This document shows, piece by piece, positions 28,969 through 43,030 of a stretch of 64,000 nucleotides of DNA. This stretch comes from the human T2T-CHM13v2.0 reference genome, Homo sapiens. The stretch's first letter is position 1, and every line of letters begins with the position of its first letter. The notes beneath the pieces are model-generated. The model was not told the DNA's origin. It ran no database searches and was given only the letters and a program-made list of their open reading frames with translations. The stretch lies in NCBI RefSeq assembly GCF_009914755.1, contig NC_060925.1. One strand, written 5' to 3'. Position numbers and translations under genes: made by a program.

Positions 28969-30520
28969 GAAACTATTTTAAAATTCATATGGAACCAAAA
29001 AAAAGAGCTCATATAGCCAAGACAATCCTAAGCAAAAAGAACAAAGCTGGAGGCATCATCACGCCACTAGACTTCAAACTATGCTACAAGGCTACAGTAA
29101 CCAAAACAGCAAGGTACTGGTACAAAAACAGACACATAGACCAATGGAACAAAATAGAGAACTCAGAAATAAGACCACACATCTGCAATCATCTGATCTT
29201 CAACAAACCTGACAAAAACGAGCAATGGTGAAAGCTTCCCTATTTAATAAATTGTGCTGGGAGAACTGGCTAGCCATACACAGAAAATTGAAACTGGGCC
29301 CCTTCCTTACTCCTTATACAAAAATTAACTCAAGATCGATTTAAAGACTTAAATGTAAAACCCAAAACTATAAAAACCCTAGAAGAAAATCTAGGCAATA
29401 CCATTCAGGACATAGGCACAGGAAAAGATTGCATGATGAAATCACCAAAAGCAATTCCAACAAAAGCAAAAATTGACAAGTGGGATCTAATTAAACTAAA
29501 GAACTTCTGTACAGCAAAAGAAACTATCATAACAGTGAACAGACAACCTACAGAATGGGAAAAAATTATTGCAATCTATCCATCTGATAAAGGTCTAATA
29601 TCCAGAATCTACGAGGAACTTAGACAAATTGACAAGAAAAAACAAATGACTCCATTAAAAAGTGGGCAAAGGACATGAACAGATACTTCTCAAAAGAAGA
29701 CATTCATGTGGCCAACAAACATATTTAGAAAAAAAAGAGCTTGACATCACTGATCATTAGAGAAATGCAAATCAAAATCGCAATGAGACACCAACTCACA
29801 CCAGTCAGAATGCCAATTATTAAAAAGTCAAGAAAAAACAGATGCTGGAGAGATTGCAGAGAAATAGGAACACTTTTACACTGTTAGTAGGACTATAAAT
29901 TAGTTCACCCATTGTGGAAGACAATGTGGTGATTCCTCAATGATCTAGAACCAGAAATACCATTTGACTCAAATTCCATTACTTGGTATAGACCCGAAGG
30001 AATATAAATATTTATATTACAAAGATACATGAACACATATGTTCATTGCAGCACTACAGCAAACACATGTCACAATAGCAAAGACATGGAATCAACCTAA
30101 ATACCCATCAATGACTGACTGAATAAAGAAAATATGATACATATTCTCCATGGAATACTATGCAGCCATAAAAAGGAATGAGTTCATGTCCTTTGCAGGG
30201 ACATGGATGAAGCTAAAAGCCATTATCCTCAGCAAACTAACACGGGAACAGAAAACCAAACACTGCATGTTCTCACTTATAAGTGGGAGCTGAACAATGA
30301 GAACACACGGACACAGGGAAGGGAACAACACACACTGGGGCCTGTTGGGGGTGGGTGGGAGGAGGGAGAGCATTAGGAAAAATAGCTGATGCTTGCTGGG
30401 CTTAATACCTAGGTGATGGGTTGATAGTTACAGCAAATCACCATCACACACATTTATCTATGTAACGAATTTGCATATCCTACACATGTACCCTAGAATT
30501 AAAATAAAAATAAAAATTAT
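28969..30520 (+). mobile_element. 5'-truncated older L1PA/L1PB (ORF2 3' half and 3' UTR)
   Basis: [24 protein letters not shown]; A-rich tail. Confidence 0.9.
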
Positions 30521-30527
30521 AAAAACA

Positions 30528-30825
<298 letters not shown>

Positions 30826-30830
30826 GTAAG

Positions 30831-30874
30831 AAAGTAATGGCAGAAACCACAATTACTTTTGCACCAACCTAATA
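30831..30874. mobile_element. Half of a MADE1 (Hsmar1 MITE), one TIR
   Basis: taatggcagaaaccacaattacttttgcaccaacctaa followed by TA. Confidence 0.8.
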
Positions 30875-32878
30875 TCTTCAGTCAGACTCTTTACTTTTAA
30901 TGAAATAAATATAAAATATACAACACACATTTAAAGCAGTTTCCTTTTACATCTTTACCTACAGTGGATGTGACAAAAAACTAAGTCTTTCCATGTAGTG
31001 CCCAAAGCAGATAGTAAGCTCTGCTACACATATATCATAAAATAGGAATATTTTGAGGGCCCAGAAGGTTGATAACATTTATCATGATCAAGGACTTGGG
31101 CTCAGGAGCCAGATAGAATTCAAATTCTGACCTCCTGAATTCCTAATTGAACGATCTCTCTGGGTCTCCATTTCCTCAAATGCAAACTGAAGCCAATAGT
31201 AATACCTACTTTGTTGGGTTCTTAAGATTAAATGACTTAAAAGTACACAAAGTACTTATCACAGTGCTTCGCACTAAAAGAGTTTCAGTGAATGTTAGTT
31301 ACTGGTATTATCAGTTGTAAAACACAGACTGTTTGGTGGCATTTTGGCCTCCAGTGCCTATGCTATGCATAGTCATTAGCAATAATGTGACTGAAAAATA
31401 GGTATCTGTTACATAAATAAAAACTAACATTTGCAGAGCAAAGTCAGCACTATATTAAAGCTATATGTGTCATCTTTAATTTTCATAATAACCCTGAGAG
31501 GTACTATCATCCCAGTTTTAGAGTTAAGAAAACTGAGGCCCAAAGAGATTAAATAATTTATCCCAATTCACCCAGTAAGTGGCAGAGCCGGGATTTGAAC
31601 CAAAGCAGCCTGAATCCAGAGCCTGCACTCCGTATTCCACCCCGAAAACGGGCTGTTTTCTACTTCTTTGCTGTACAGCTATACTGCTAAACCTATTTGT
31701 TTCTCATGAAATTACTATAAGCCAAAATGTGAATGTGCCCCTGGAACAAATGAAGCACCCTTTGTTAGCACTATACTCAAAAAGACAGTTTATTGAATTT
31801 AATTTATATTTCTTTACTAGGTTGTCACAGACAATATGTCATTTAGTCTTCAAAATAGCTATTTCCCATGTATTTATCTTCCTTTTATCTTCATTATCAA
31901 ACAGAAAGTTTATCCTATGGTAGGCATATAACAAATATAGTTTTTCACTGACTTGAATTTCCTTTAATCATCTTTAAGAGTACAGAGGAAAAAGCACCAA
32001 AAAGATAACATATTCTCTTAATGATTATATATGTTTTAAATTAAAATAATGTTGGTAACTGAAGAGTGTCATAAGTAACATGGTAAGAATTAAGAAGACA
32101 CACTATTCAATCTAAGGCTATAGTGGAATGTCTTTTATTTTTCTACCTGTCAATATTAATGTGATTCTACTGATCATCTCTCTTTCTCAGAGCAATCTCT
32201 TAGAGATATAGGAAAAGCTGTAGAGCTTCATGCAAAACTCCTTTTCACTTAGTTCAGTTTCCTCAGAAGGCAGTTAAAAGGAGTCAGGTTAGGCTTAGAT
32301 TTCATATATTTGATTTGGGCATCTTGGGATTTGGGGAGTTATAGAAAATAGGAGGGCAGCAGGTTGGTATTTATTGCAACTTTTTCTTCAACACATAGAC
32401 TATTAAAAGAAAGTCTCAATGTTAAAGAAAAATGAAAGAAAAAAGATAGACTTCATAAAGAAACAATAGATGTCACAGATTTGAAATACAAGTTTCAGCT
32501 CAAGGTTCTTTATTTCCTACCAATAATTGATAATAACAGCTAATACGTATGGTGTTTAACGTGTGTCAGATGCTGTTGCAAGTGCTTTACATATATTAAC
32601 TACTTTAATCCTCAAAACAAACTAAGGTGTAGTTCCTGTTCACAAGGCACTGTATTCAGTATTTTAGTACGACTGTCTCATGAATCCTCTCATCAGCCCT
32701 ATGGAGTAGGTAATATCCCTCTATAGTTGAAAAAAATGAGGCTTAGAAAGGTTAAACGATGTCTCCAAGGTCACAGGGCTACTAAGTAGGGGCACTAAGA
32801 AGCACACCCTGGAAGTATGATTCTAGAGTTCATGATCTTAAATGTTACACTACCCTCCTTACCTTTAGAGGCCAGTTA

Positions 32879-33170
<292 letters not shown>

Positions 33171-33351
33171 AGAGGCCAGTTATTTAACCTCTCTCTGCCT
33201 TGGTTTCCTCATCTATAACATAGGAACAATAATCCCTACCTCAGAGTTGTAGAAGCATATTGTGGTACACAGAAGAACAGTGTAGATCATAACTGGGAAT
33301 CACCAAGCAAAATTTTTAGGAAATTTTTTAAAACGTTTTCAATTTTAAGAC

Positions 33352-33661
33352 TTTTTTTTTTTTTTTTTTTTTTGAGAGAGAGAGAGTTTCACTCTTGTTG
33401 CCCAGGCTGGAGTGCAATGGTGTGTGATCTGGGCTCAGTGCAACCTCTGCCTCCCGGATTGAAGCAATTCTTCTGCCTCAGCCTCGCAAGTAGCTGGGAT
33501 TACAGGCATGCGCCAACAAGGCAGGCTAATTTTGGTATTTTTAGTAGAGGCGGCGTTTCACCATGTTAGTCAGGCTGGTCTTGAACTCCTGACCTCAGGT
33601 GATCCGCCCTCCTCGGCCTCCCAAAGTGCTGGGATACAGGCATAAGCCACCGCACCCAGCC
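33352..33661 (-). mobile_element. AluS SINE
   Basis: Reverse dimer with aattttaaga on both sides. Confidence 0.92.
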
Positions 33662-34153
33662 TCAAATTTTAAGATATTTTGAAGCATAGATCTCTAAGAG
33701 TACTTGGAGGCAAATGCTATGCAGACTATGATATATATATGACTATGAGCCTTGCCACTCTTTCAAGAGAATTTCAGTTATGGTTTATACATTCATCCAG
33801 TAAATATTGGGAAAGCATTATCTAAATCTGCAACTCACAATTCCTACTTTCAGGCAAGTAAATAGGCAACTATCCTACAGAATGATGGTGCTGAGTAGGA
33901 GTAATCGACTCTTAAGAGTGTAGTTGTTCTCAATAAATGGATGCCTTTTGCAAATTGAGACTTTGGTTGAAGTAGATATTATATGCCAATTCTTCTTGGC
34001 ATTGTACAAATTTCTAATGAAGCAACATTCTATAGCATCACTTGTTTAATCAGCAAGATCCACTAGCAAATCTAATAGTTTATAATGCATTACATTTTTA
34101 TGCCCTTGACGCATAGCATAAAATATACCAATAGTAAGAAAAAGACCACTTTC

Positions 34154-34268
34154 AGTAACGTGTTTCCAGTAATGGGCAACTTCTTCAACATCTTTTTTTT
34201 GCAGGTTTAAGAAAAAATTTTTCCTCCATTCAACCCAATCCACTGTCATGGACCCATCAATATCCGTG
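34154..34268 (-). pseudogene. SLC25A24/SCaMC-1-like pseudogene, exon-4 equivalent (EF-hand)
   Basis: tacag|C ACG GAT ATT GAT GGG... gives TDIDGSMTVDWVEWR...DVEEVAHYWKHVT, compared with SLC25A24 IDVDGTMTVDWNEWR...IEEIIRFWKHST. Donor reads gaaagt instead of gtaagt. Confidence 0.85.
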
Positions 34269-34817
34269 CTGTATATTATTTAAGAAGAATATGCTCAAAT
34301 ATAAATTATGATTCATATATTTCAAAAAACATTATCAAAATGACATATTCTTAAAGCCAGAAAAGTCGGATTGTAGTTGCGTTCTTCCTGTTGTTACTTT
34401 TGTGATATAGAGTCCACTTAACATCTCTGAACTTCAGTTTATGTGAGAATAATTCCTATAACACAGAGCTATTAGACTATTAAATAAGTTTATGTGTACA
34501 ATGGCCTTATAAATTACACAACTACAGAACTTGTAAGTCAGTAGTACTGCATCCCAATTTTCTAGTATTTCTTCTTAAACATTTCTCCTTCTTTCTGTCT
34601 TATAACCTCATTTTATAACTTCTTGCATGTTCTCTAGCAAAGAATGGTTGACAATTACCCTTTTTGGTTATGGATCTTACAAGACAATATACATTTTCTA
34701 TGGCTATAAAATATCCAGTATCCAAAATAGCAAGACGTCCATATATTCTTGGAAATATAATTCCCATTAATATGAAATAATTTCCCATTAATATGAAATA
34801 ATAGTTTTGAAGCCAAC

Positions 34818-34939
34818 TTTTTTTGAGACAGGGTCTTACTATGTTGCCCAGGCTAGTCTTGAACTTCCAAGTTCAAGCTATGCTTCTGCCTCAACCTCCT
34901 AGTAGCTGGATCTACAGGCAAGTACCACTGTCCCTGGCT
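34818..34939 (-). mobile_element. FLAM/Alu monomer
   Basis: ttttgagacagggtcttactatgttgcccaggct single arm. Confidence 0.8.
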
Positions 34940-34970
34940 CAAGTCAATTTTTAAAATTTTAGGAATTCTC

Positions 34971-35356
34971 TACTATGCAGCCATAAAAAAGAATGAGTCC
35001 ATGTCCTTTGCAGAGACATGGAAGAAGCTTGAAACCATCATTCTCAGCAAACTAATATAGGAAGAGAAAACCAAAGACCGCATGTTCTCACTCATAAGTG
35101 GGAGTTGAACAATGAGAACACGTGGACACAGGGAGGGGAACATCACACACTGGGGCCTGTCAGGGGGTGCGGGAGAAGGGGAGGGAGAACATTAGAACAA
35201 ACACCTAATGCATGCAGGGCTTAAAACCTAGATGACAGGTTGATAGGTGCAGCAGATCACCATGGCACATGTATGCCTCTGTTACAAACCTGCAAGTTCT
35301 GCACATGTATCCCAGAACTTAAAGTAAAATAAAAATTTTTAAAAACGAAAAAAAAG
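34971..35356 (+). mobile_element. Short 5'-truncated L1PA 3' end
   Basis: Perfect 16-bp TSD aattttaggaattctc at 34955-34970 and 35357-35372. Confidence 0.92.
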
Positions 35357-35420
35357 AATTTTAGGAATTCTCAGTGAAGAATTTCTCAAATTCCTGTATG
35401 CAGTTAAGAATTTGAAGAAA

Positions 35421-37198
<1,778 letters not shown>

Positions 37199-37199
37199 T

Positions 37200-38471
37200 C
37201 TCTTGACCCCGCTTTCCCCACTGTGGCCTTTATCTCTCTTTGCCTTTGCAGCAACACCCCTTAAAGACTTGTCTCCCTTGCATGTCCACCTTCTCCTTGT
37301 CATTCTCTCTTGAGCCCACTCTCAGGCTCTCACCACCATTACTCTACCAGTGGCCTCCATGGCGCTAAATCCAGTGGTCCATTCTCTGTCCTCATCTTAG
37401 TCTATCAGCATTTGACAGACAGAACTGTCTCCTCTCTGAAATGTGTTCTTTATTTGGCTTCCAGAACAAAGTATTCTCCTGGTTTTCTTCCTTTCTCTCT
37501 AGTTCTTTCCTCCTATTCTCCTTCCCTGGTTTCCCCTCATTTCCCCTGCCACATAACATTAGAGCATACCAGGACCCAGCGTACTGTACTCCCTCCCTGG
37601 TCTTCTCAGCCATTCTTATGGCTTCAAACATCATCTATAAGCCTGTAACTCCCAAATCTGAACTCCAGACTCATTTCAAGATACCTACTTGATATCTCTA
37701 CTTGGATGTCTCATTAGCATCTGAAACTTGAGAACAAAACTGTACTCTGAGATCTACTCCATTTTAAACCTGCTCCTCTCACAGTCTTACTCTTAAACCT
37801 GCTCCTCTCACAGTCTTACTCATTTCAATACATGAGGCAGCTACAGCCTCCTAGACGCTCAGACCAAGAACTTTGACAGTATCCTTAACTATTCACTTTC
37901 TTTAACACCCTACACATGATCCAGAAGTAAATCTTGTCAGTATTTCAAAATCTACCTGGCATCTACTCACTTCTCACCCTCATCCATCCTGGTGCAAGCC
38001 ATCCTAAAATCTTGTCTGTTATTATTGCAGCACTGTCTTAATTGGTCTCTCTGTTTTCACCCTTGCCGCTATAAACTATTCGCAGTACACCAGCCAGAAT
38101 GAGATGGTTAAAACTTAAGTTAGATCATGTCACACCTCTGTTTAAAACCACCCAATGACTTAACTGAGTAAAAACCAAAGTTCTTACAATTTCCTGGAAG
38201 CCTTATGTGATCTGGCCTCCTATTACCTCTAGATTTCATCTCCTACCACGCTCTCCCTCATTCACTCTATTCTGCACACACTGGCCTCCTCTCAATGCCC
38301 TAACCCTGTCAGAGACACTACCTACTTCACCCTTTGCTGTTGCTATTTCCTTTGCCTGGAAAGCTCTTCCCCCAAAGATCATCATAGCTCCCTCTCTTAC
38401 TTCCTCCTTATCTCTACTCAAATGTCACTTTCAAGAATTCCCTACTCACCACAGTTAAATTGCATTTCCCC

Positions 38472-38523
<52 letters not shown>

Positions 38524-38738
38524 TCTCCCTCCTCTGCTTCATTTCCCCTTAGCACTTTTCATTATCTAACATAGCTTAATTATTTATCTAGTTTATTGTT
38601 TTTCTCCTCTTGTTTATGGTGAGCTCTATGAGAGCAAGGATTTTGGCCTATTTCCTTCACTACTGCATCCTTAGCACCTAGATGAATGACAGGCATATCA
38701 CAGACACTCAATAAATATTTGTTAGTAAATAAATAAAT
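37200..38738 (+). mobile_element. L2 LINE 3' region with (CA)n at 38472-38520
   Basis: L2 motifs ctacttggatgtct, agatcatgtcac, ctcaataaatatttgtt. Confidence 0.75.
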
Positions 38739-39179
38739 CCACTTTTCATCACCACCTCTTGTGCTCTACACTCAGAGGTTGAAATATTGAGTCTTATTCA
38801 AGGACTCCCTGTCTTGAGTTGTTGGAACCCTTTTCTCCCAATCAGTCATCTCCTGTCTCTATAACAGATCCAACATGTCCTTCTCTGGTGACTACTTCTC
38901 AGATCTCTCCTATCCACCAAAAGATAATAAAAATAAAATTTAAAAAGACTTGTCCTCTCCTTCTCATTTAAATTTCTCTTAAACCACATCCCCACATTAA
39001 CCATTTCTCTTAAACCACAGTCCCCACATCCTCACCCTCACCCACTCAACAGCCTTATGCAACCTGACTTAACCCTTTACCACACTACTCAAACTCCTTT
39101 CACTGACATCCCCGGAAATCTCCCAAACGCCAGATCCAATGGATATTTTTCAATAATGTTATTGCTGCTCTTTTCTGCT

Positions 39180-40850
39180 GAAAAAAGGAAGGATCTAAAA
39201 AATGAAGACACATAAAATGTTCAAGAAATAGAGGATGAAACATCATAAATACATCAATTCTCCCCAATATTAAGCTATTAATTCAATAAATTGCAATCAA
39301 AATTCCAAAAATGATATATATATATATGTGCATGTGTATGCACATGTATATAACAAAACAATCTGATTCTAAAATTCATATAGAAGAGGAAAGGGTCAAA
39401 AATAGCATTGACACTATTGGAGATGAATGTAAGTCCAGATGTCGAGATGTATTATACAGTGATAGTAATTAAGACATGCGGTATTGATACACAGTAGACA
39501 ACAACTAATATAACAGGAAAAGGAAACCAGAAACACACCCATACACAGATGGAAATTTAATATATGACTAGAGGTAAGCATTTCAAATCTGTAGGAAAAG
39601 GATGGGACTAACCAATAAATGGTGATAGGACAATTGACTATACAGAAAAAAAAAGAAATTGAATCCCTATTTCACACCATACACAAACATCAATTACAGG
39701 TGAATTAAAGAACTAAATATGAAATATCTAAATATTTAAATAAGATATTGATGAATATCTTCATGCCCCAGGGTAAGGAAGAATTTCTCAATATGTCAAA
39801 AGCACAACCATAAAAGAAAAAGAGACAAATATAACTGCATTAAAATTTAAAATGTCTGCACAACAAAAAAACACCAAAAATTTGTTTTAAATAAGCAACA
39901 AGCTGGGAAAAGATATTCATATTGCATAATGCCAACATAGGATTAATATCCAGAATTTAGAAAGAACACCTACAAGCCATTAAGAAAAAGACAACCAATC
40001 TCGCTGAAAAATTGACAAAAGGAATAAACAGGTAATTCACAAAAAAAATCCAAATGACCAGCAAATATATGAAGAGATAGTTTTACTAGTAATAAGGAAT
40101 ATAATTAATTACATTTAGTTACATTAAAAATAATGAGATAATATTTCTGACCCATAGGTTTGGAAAATATTAAAATATTAGAATACTACGGTATCAAGTG
40201 TTGGAATGGAAATACATTTCTGGTAGGAATCTAAGGTGGTACAACTACTTTGGAGAGCAATTTGGAATATTTAATTAAAATTAAATATCTGTAAAGCCTA
40301 TGACCAAACAATTCCACCGCAAGTAATACACAAGGAGATGCACACAAGAATATCCATTGCAGCTTTATATTATATTAGCAACAAAAGAAATTTTTAACCT
40401 AAATAACCACCATCAGAATTCATAAGTAAACTGAGTTATATTTATTAAATGGAACCATACAGTGGTTAAAATAATTGAACTAGAGCTATATGCATTGACA
40501 TAAATAAATCTCCAAAAATTGAAGGATTAGAAAATAGTCATAAAAAAATCCTGTATGTCACCATTTAAAGGCTTAAGACATAAGAAACAATATCCTATAT
40601 TTTAACAGTATATGTATAGTAAAATGTATGCAAATATAAAAGTCTATATGAGAATAATAAGTTCAGAATAGTAGTTACTTCTGGCAGGAATGGAGGAAAT
40701 GGGTTTAGAGAATAATACATTGAAAATGTTTGCTGCCTGTAATTTTGTTTTTAAAAATCTGAATCAAATATGTAAAATGTTAAATATGACAAACACAGTG
40801 GTAGGTATGGTTTTTGGTTATATTATTCTCTTTATTGTTCTGTATAAAAT
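39180..40850 (+). mobile_element. Old L1M (ME/MC-type) ORF2 3' part and 3' UTR
   Basis: Degenerate ctgattctaaaattcata, aataaatggtg..gggacaatt, caccatacacaaa motifs. Confidence 0.7.
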
Positions 40851-41558
40851 AGTTCATAATAAGTTAGCCTTATTTCAGGAATGTTTAACATGACAAAATC
40901 TATTACTATAATTCATTATATAAATAGGTCAAATGACACATTATACAGTTTAATAAAATTCAGCACTCTCCTGATAAGATACTTTTCTTTGTTGTTCTTC
41001 TATGTGTTCCTGTCATAATCCTTGCCACATTGCAACTGTCTGTTCACTGTTAGCACATGTGCGCGTACACACACACACACACACACACACACAGTGGACT
41101 GTCAGCTCTGTAAGGACAGGCACAAGGGCCAGGCTACCACTGCATCCTCGTTAGCTAGTACATGCCCAGCAAAAAGGATCAAACTTGATAAATATAAAAT
41201 GACATAATCTTATAAAAAGCAATAAATCTATACACTAAAATGATACCAGGTTAACATTTGGGTGATTGGATTATGGTGACATTGGGGAAGTTACTTAACC
41301 TCACTTCTCAACAATTTCCTCTTCTGTGAAAAATAATAGACTTGGTCTCTAAAGTCTTGTGAGGATTAAATGAGATAATGTATGTAATGTTCTTAGAAGA
41401 GTGCTAGCAGACAGATGTTCAATAATGAAAAGCCATTATTCATATTTTTCTAACATTTCCATAGTTATCACTTTTATCATTAAAAAGGGTTTAGAGCTAA
41501 TAAAATTAATAATAATAAAAATTAAGTTTAATATATACATACATATATGAGAGCTGAC

Positions 41559-41647
41559 CTTTCAAGAATCTTCTCTGCCTCTTTTTTAGGAATATTTATA
41601 CCTGTTAACTTGAGAGCATCGATAAATTTCTGAAGTATCCATCACTC
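41559..41647 (-). pseudogene. SLC25A24/SCaMC-1-like pseudogene, exon-3 equivalent
   Basis: ttctttattcctttaaag|GA GTG ATG GAT ACT TCA GAA ATT (+T) ATC GAT GCT...CTT GAA AG|gtcagc gives GVMDTSEI/IDALKLTGINIPKKEAEKILES, compared with SLC25A24 [30 protein letters not shown]. Not shown in the ORF track. Confidence 0.82.
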
Positions 41648-41729
41648 CTTTAAAGGAATAAAGAAAATAAGGATCAACTGGAAAGTTTGAAAAGATACAC
41701 AAGCAAATATTATTTAGTGCATTATTGTC

Positions 41730-43030
41730 CTCAGAGCCACTCAGGCAAAGAATGCACTTTTAGCAAAAAAAAAAAAAGAAAAGGGAGAAATGGCCTCAGG
41801 TGTAAGCAACTGGAATCGTTCCTACATGATTTCCGGTGGCAGAAACACAACAAGGTGCCTCTCAGATGACTAGAAGTGAAACCTCATGCCTTGGAATTGC
41901 CAGATAAACATTCCTTGGCCTTTGTTGTACACATCCTAAAAATTAATAGCATGAGTTTACTGGTGCAGAGAACCACTGCAAGAAGAAAATGGTTCACCTA
42001 AAGAAAATTTTTAGTAGTGTCTTTGTAAAAGCCGCCCCCAGAGCCTAAAACTGCTGTACATATTGGAATCTTATATGACCTGGGGATTTCTAAATCTGAA
42101 GCCCATCTGGGAACTCATCTTGAAACACGGACAAGCCAAGGTCAAGAATAAGACCATCTCTCCAACAGACAACGCAGTGAGGAGCACCTGAGGAAGTTTG
42201 CTGTCATTTGCTTAGAAGACCTCATTCATGATGTTGCCTTCCCAAGGAAGTATTTCCAGATCTCATGGTTCCTGCACCCTTTCCAGCTCTTGGTGGCCCA
42301 TCACGCTATCAAGAATAGAGTGAGGTTCTTCCATGAGATGGGCTCGCCTGGCTGTCAGAGTGAATGCAGCAATCAGCTCAACCACCAGCTGAACTAGACC
42401 CAGAATACCTGAATGCATGGTGCATTGGAAGCATGTGTTTCTGTTTTTTTGAACTGTTATCAAAAATAACAATTGGAATTGTATCTTGAGGGAAGAGTAT
42501 CTCCTGCTTTGTCTTCAAAAACTGGAAGAGAAGAGTCAATGAAAATACAGCAAGTTATGTACATGGCAGGCACCTCTCATCACAGTCCAGCTCCAAGGAA
42601 ACATTCCAGTGTTTTCTACATTGGCTGCTGCCTCCTCTGAAATAATCACGTGTCATGAAAGGAGTCCTGCTTTGTCACATTTGCACGAGTCCCCCTAAGA
42701 CTCCTGTAGCAGTGGACCAAGCCCAAGGACATAATTGAATCTGAGAGTTCCTAAGGCCTTGTTCTGAAAAGACTTGAAATACAATTAGGAAGAAGGGCAC
42801 AAAAACAGGTGGTGGGTTGTCTCTTGTGAGTCTATGTTCCAACTTTTCACTGATGACTTTGAGAGCGCTCAGACTTGGCTGACTCTAGGTATATCTGCTG
42901 GCTTTTGTATCATAGTCTGCAACTAGCTTAGTCCTTTTTTCTAAAAGCTCAGAATTTGAGAATGAAGGACCCTTTCACCAGAAAAACATGTATGTACTCA
43001 AAATTTTGCTTGCAGTTTTAGGATGTTTAG
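41730..43030 (+). pseudogene. RPL7L1 processed pseudogene, 5'-truncated; 3' boundary uncertain
   Basis: [66 protein letters not shown] with TAG at 42395-42397. Intronless with several frameshifts, followed by 3' UTR. Confidence 0.9.
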
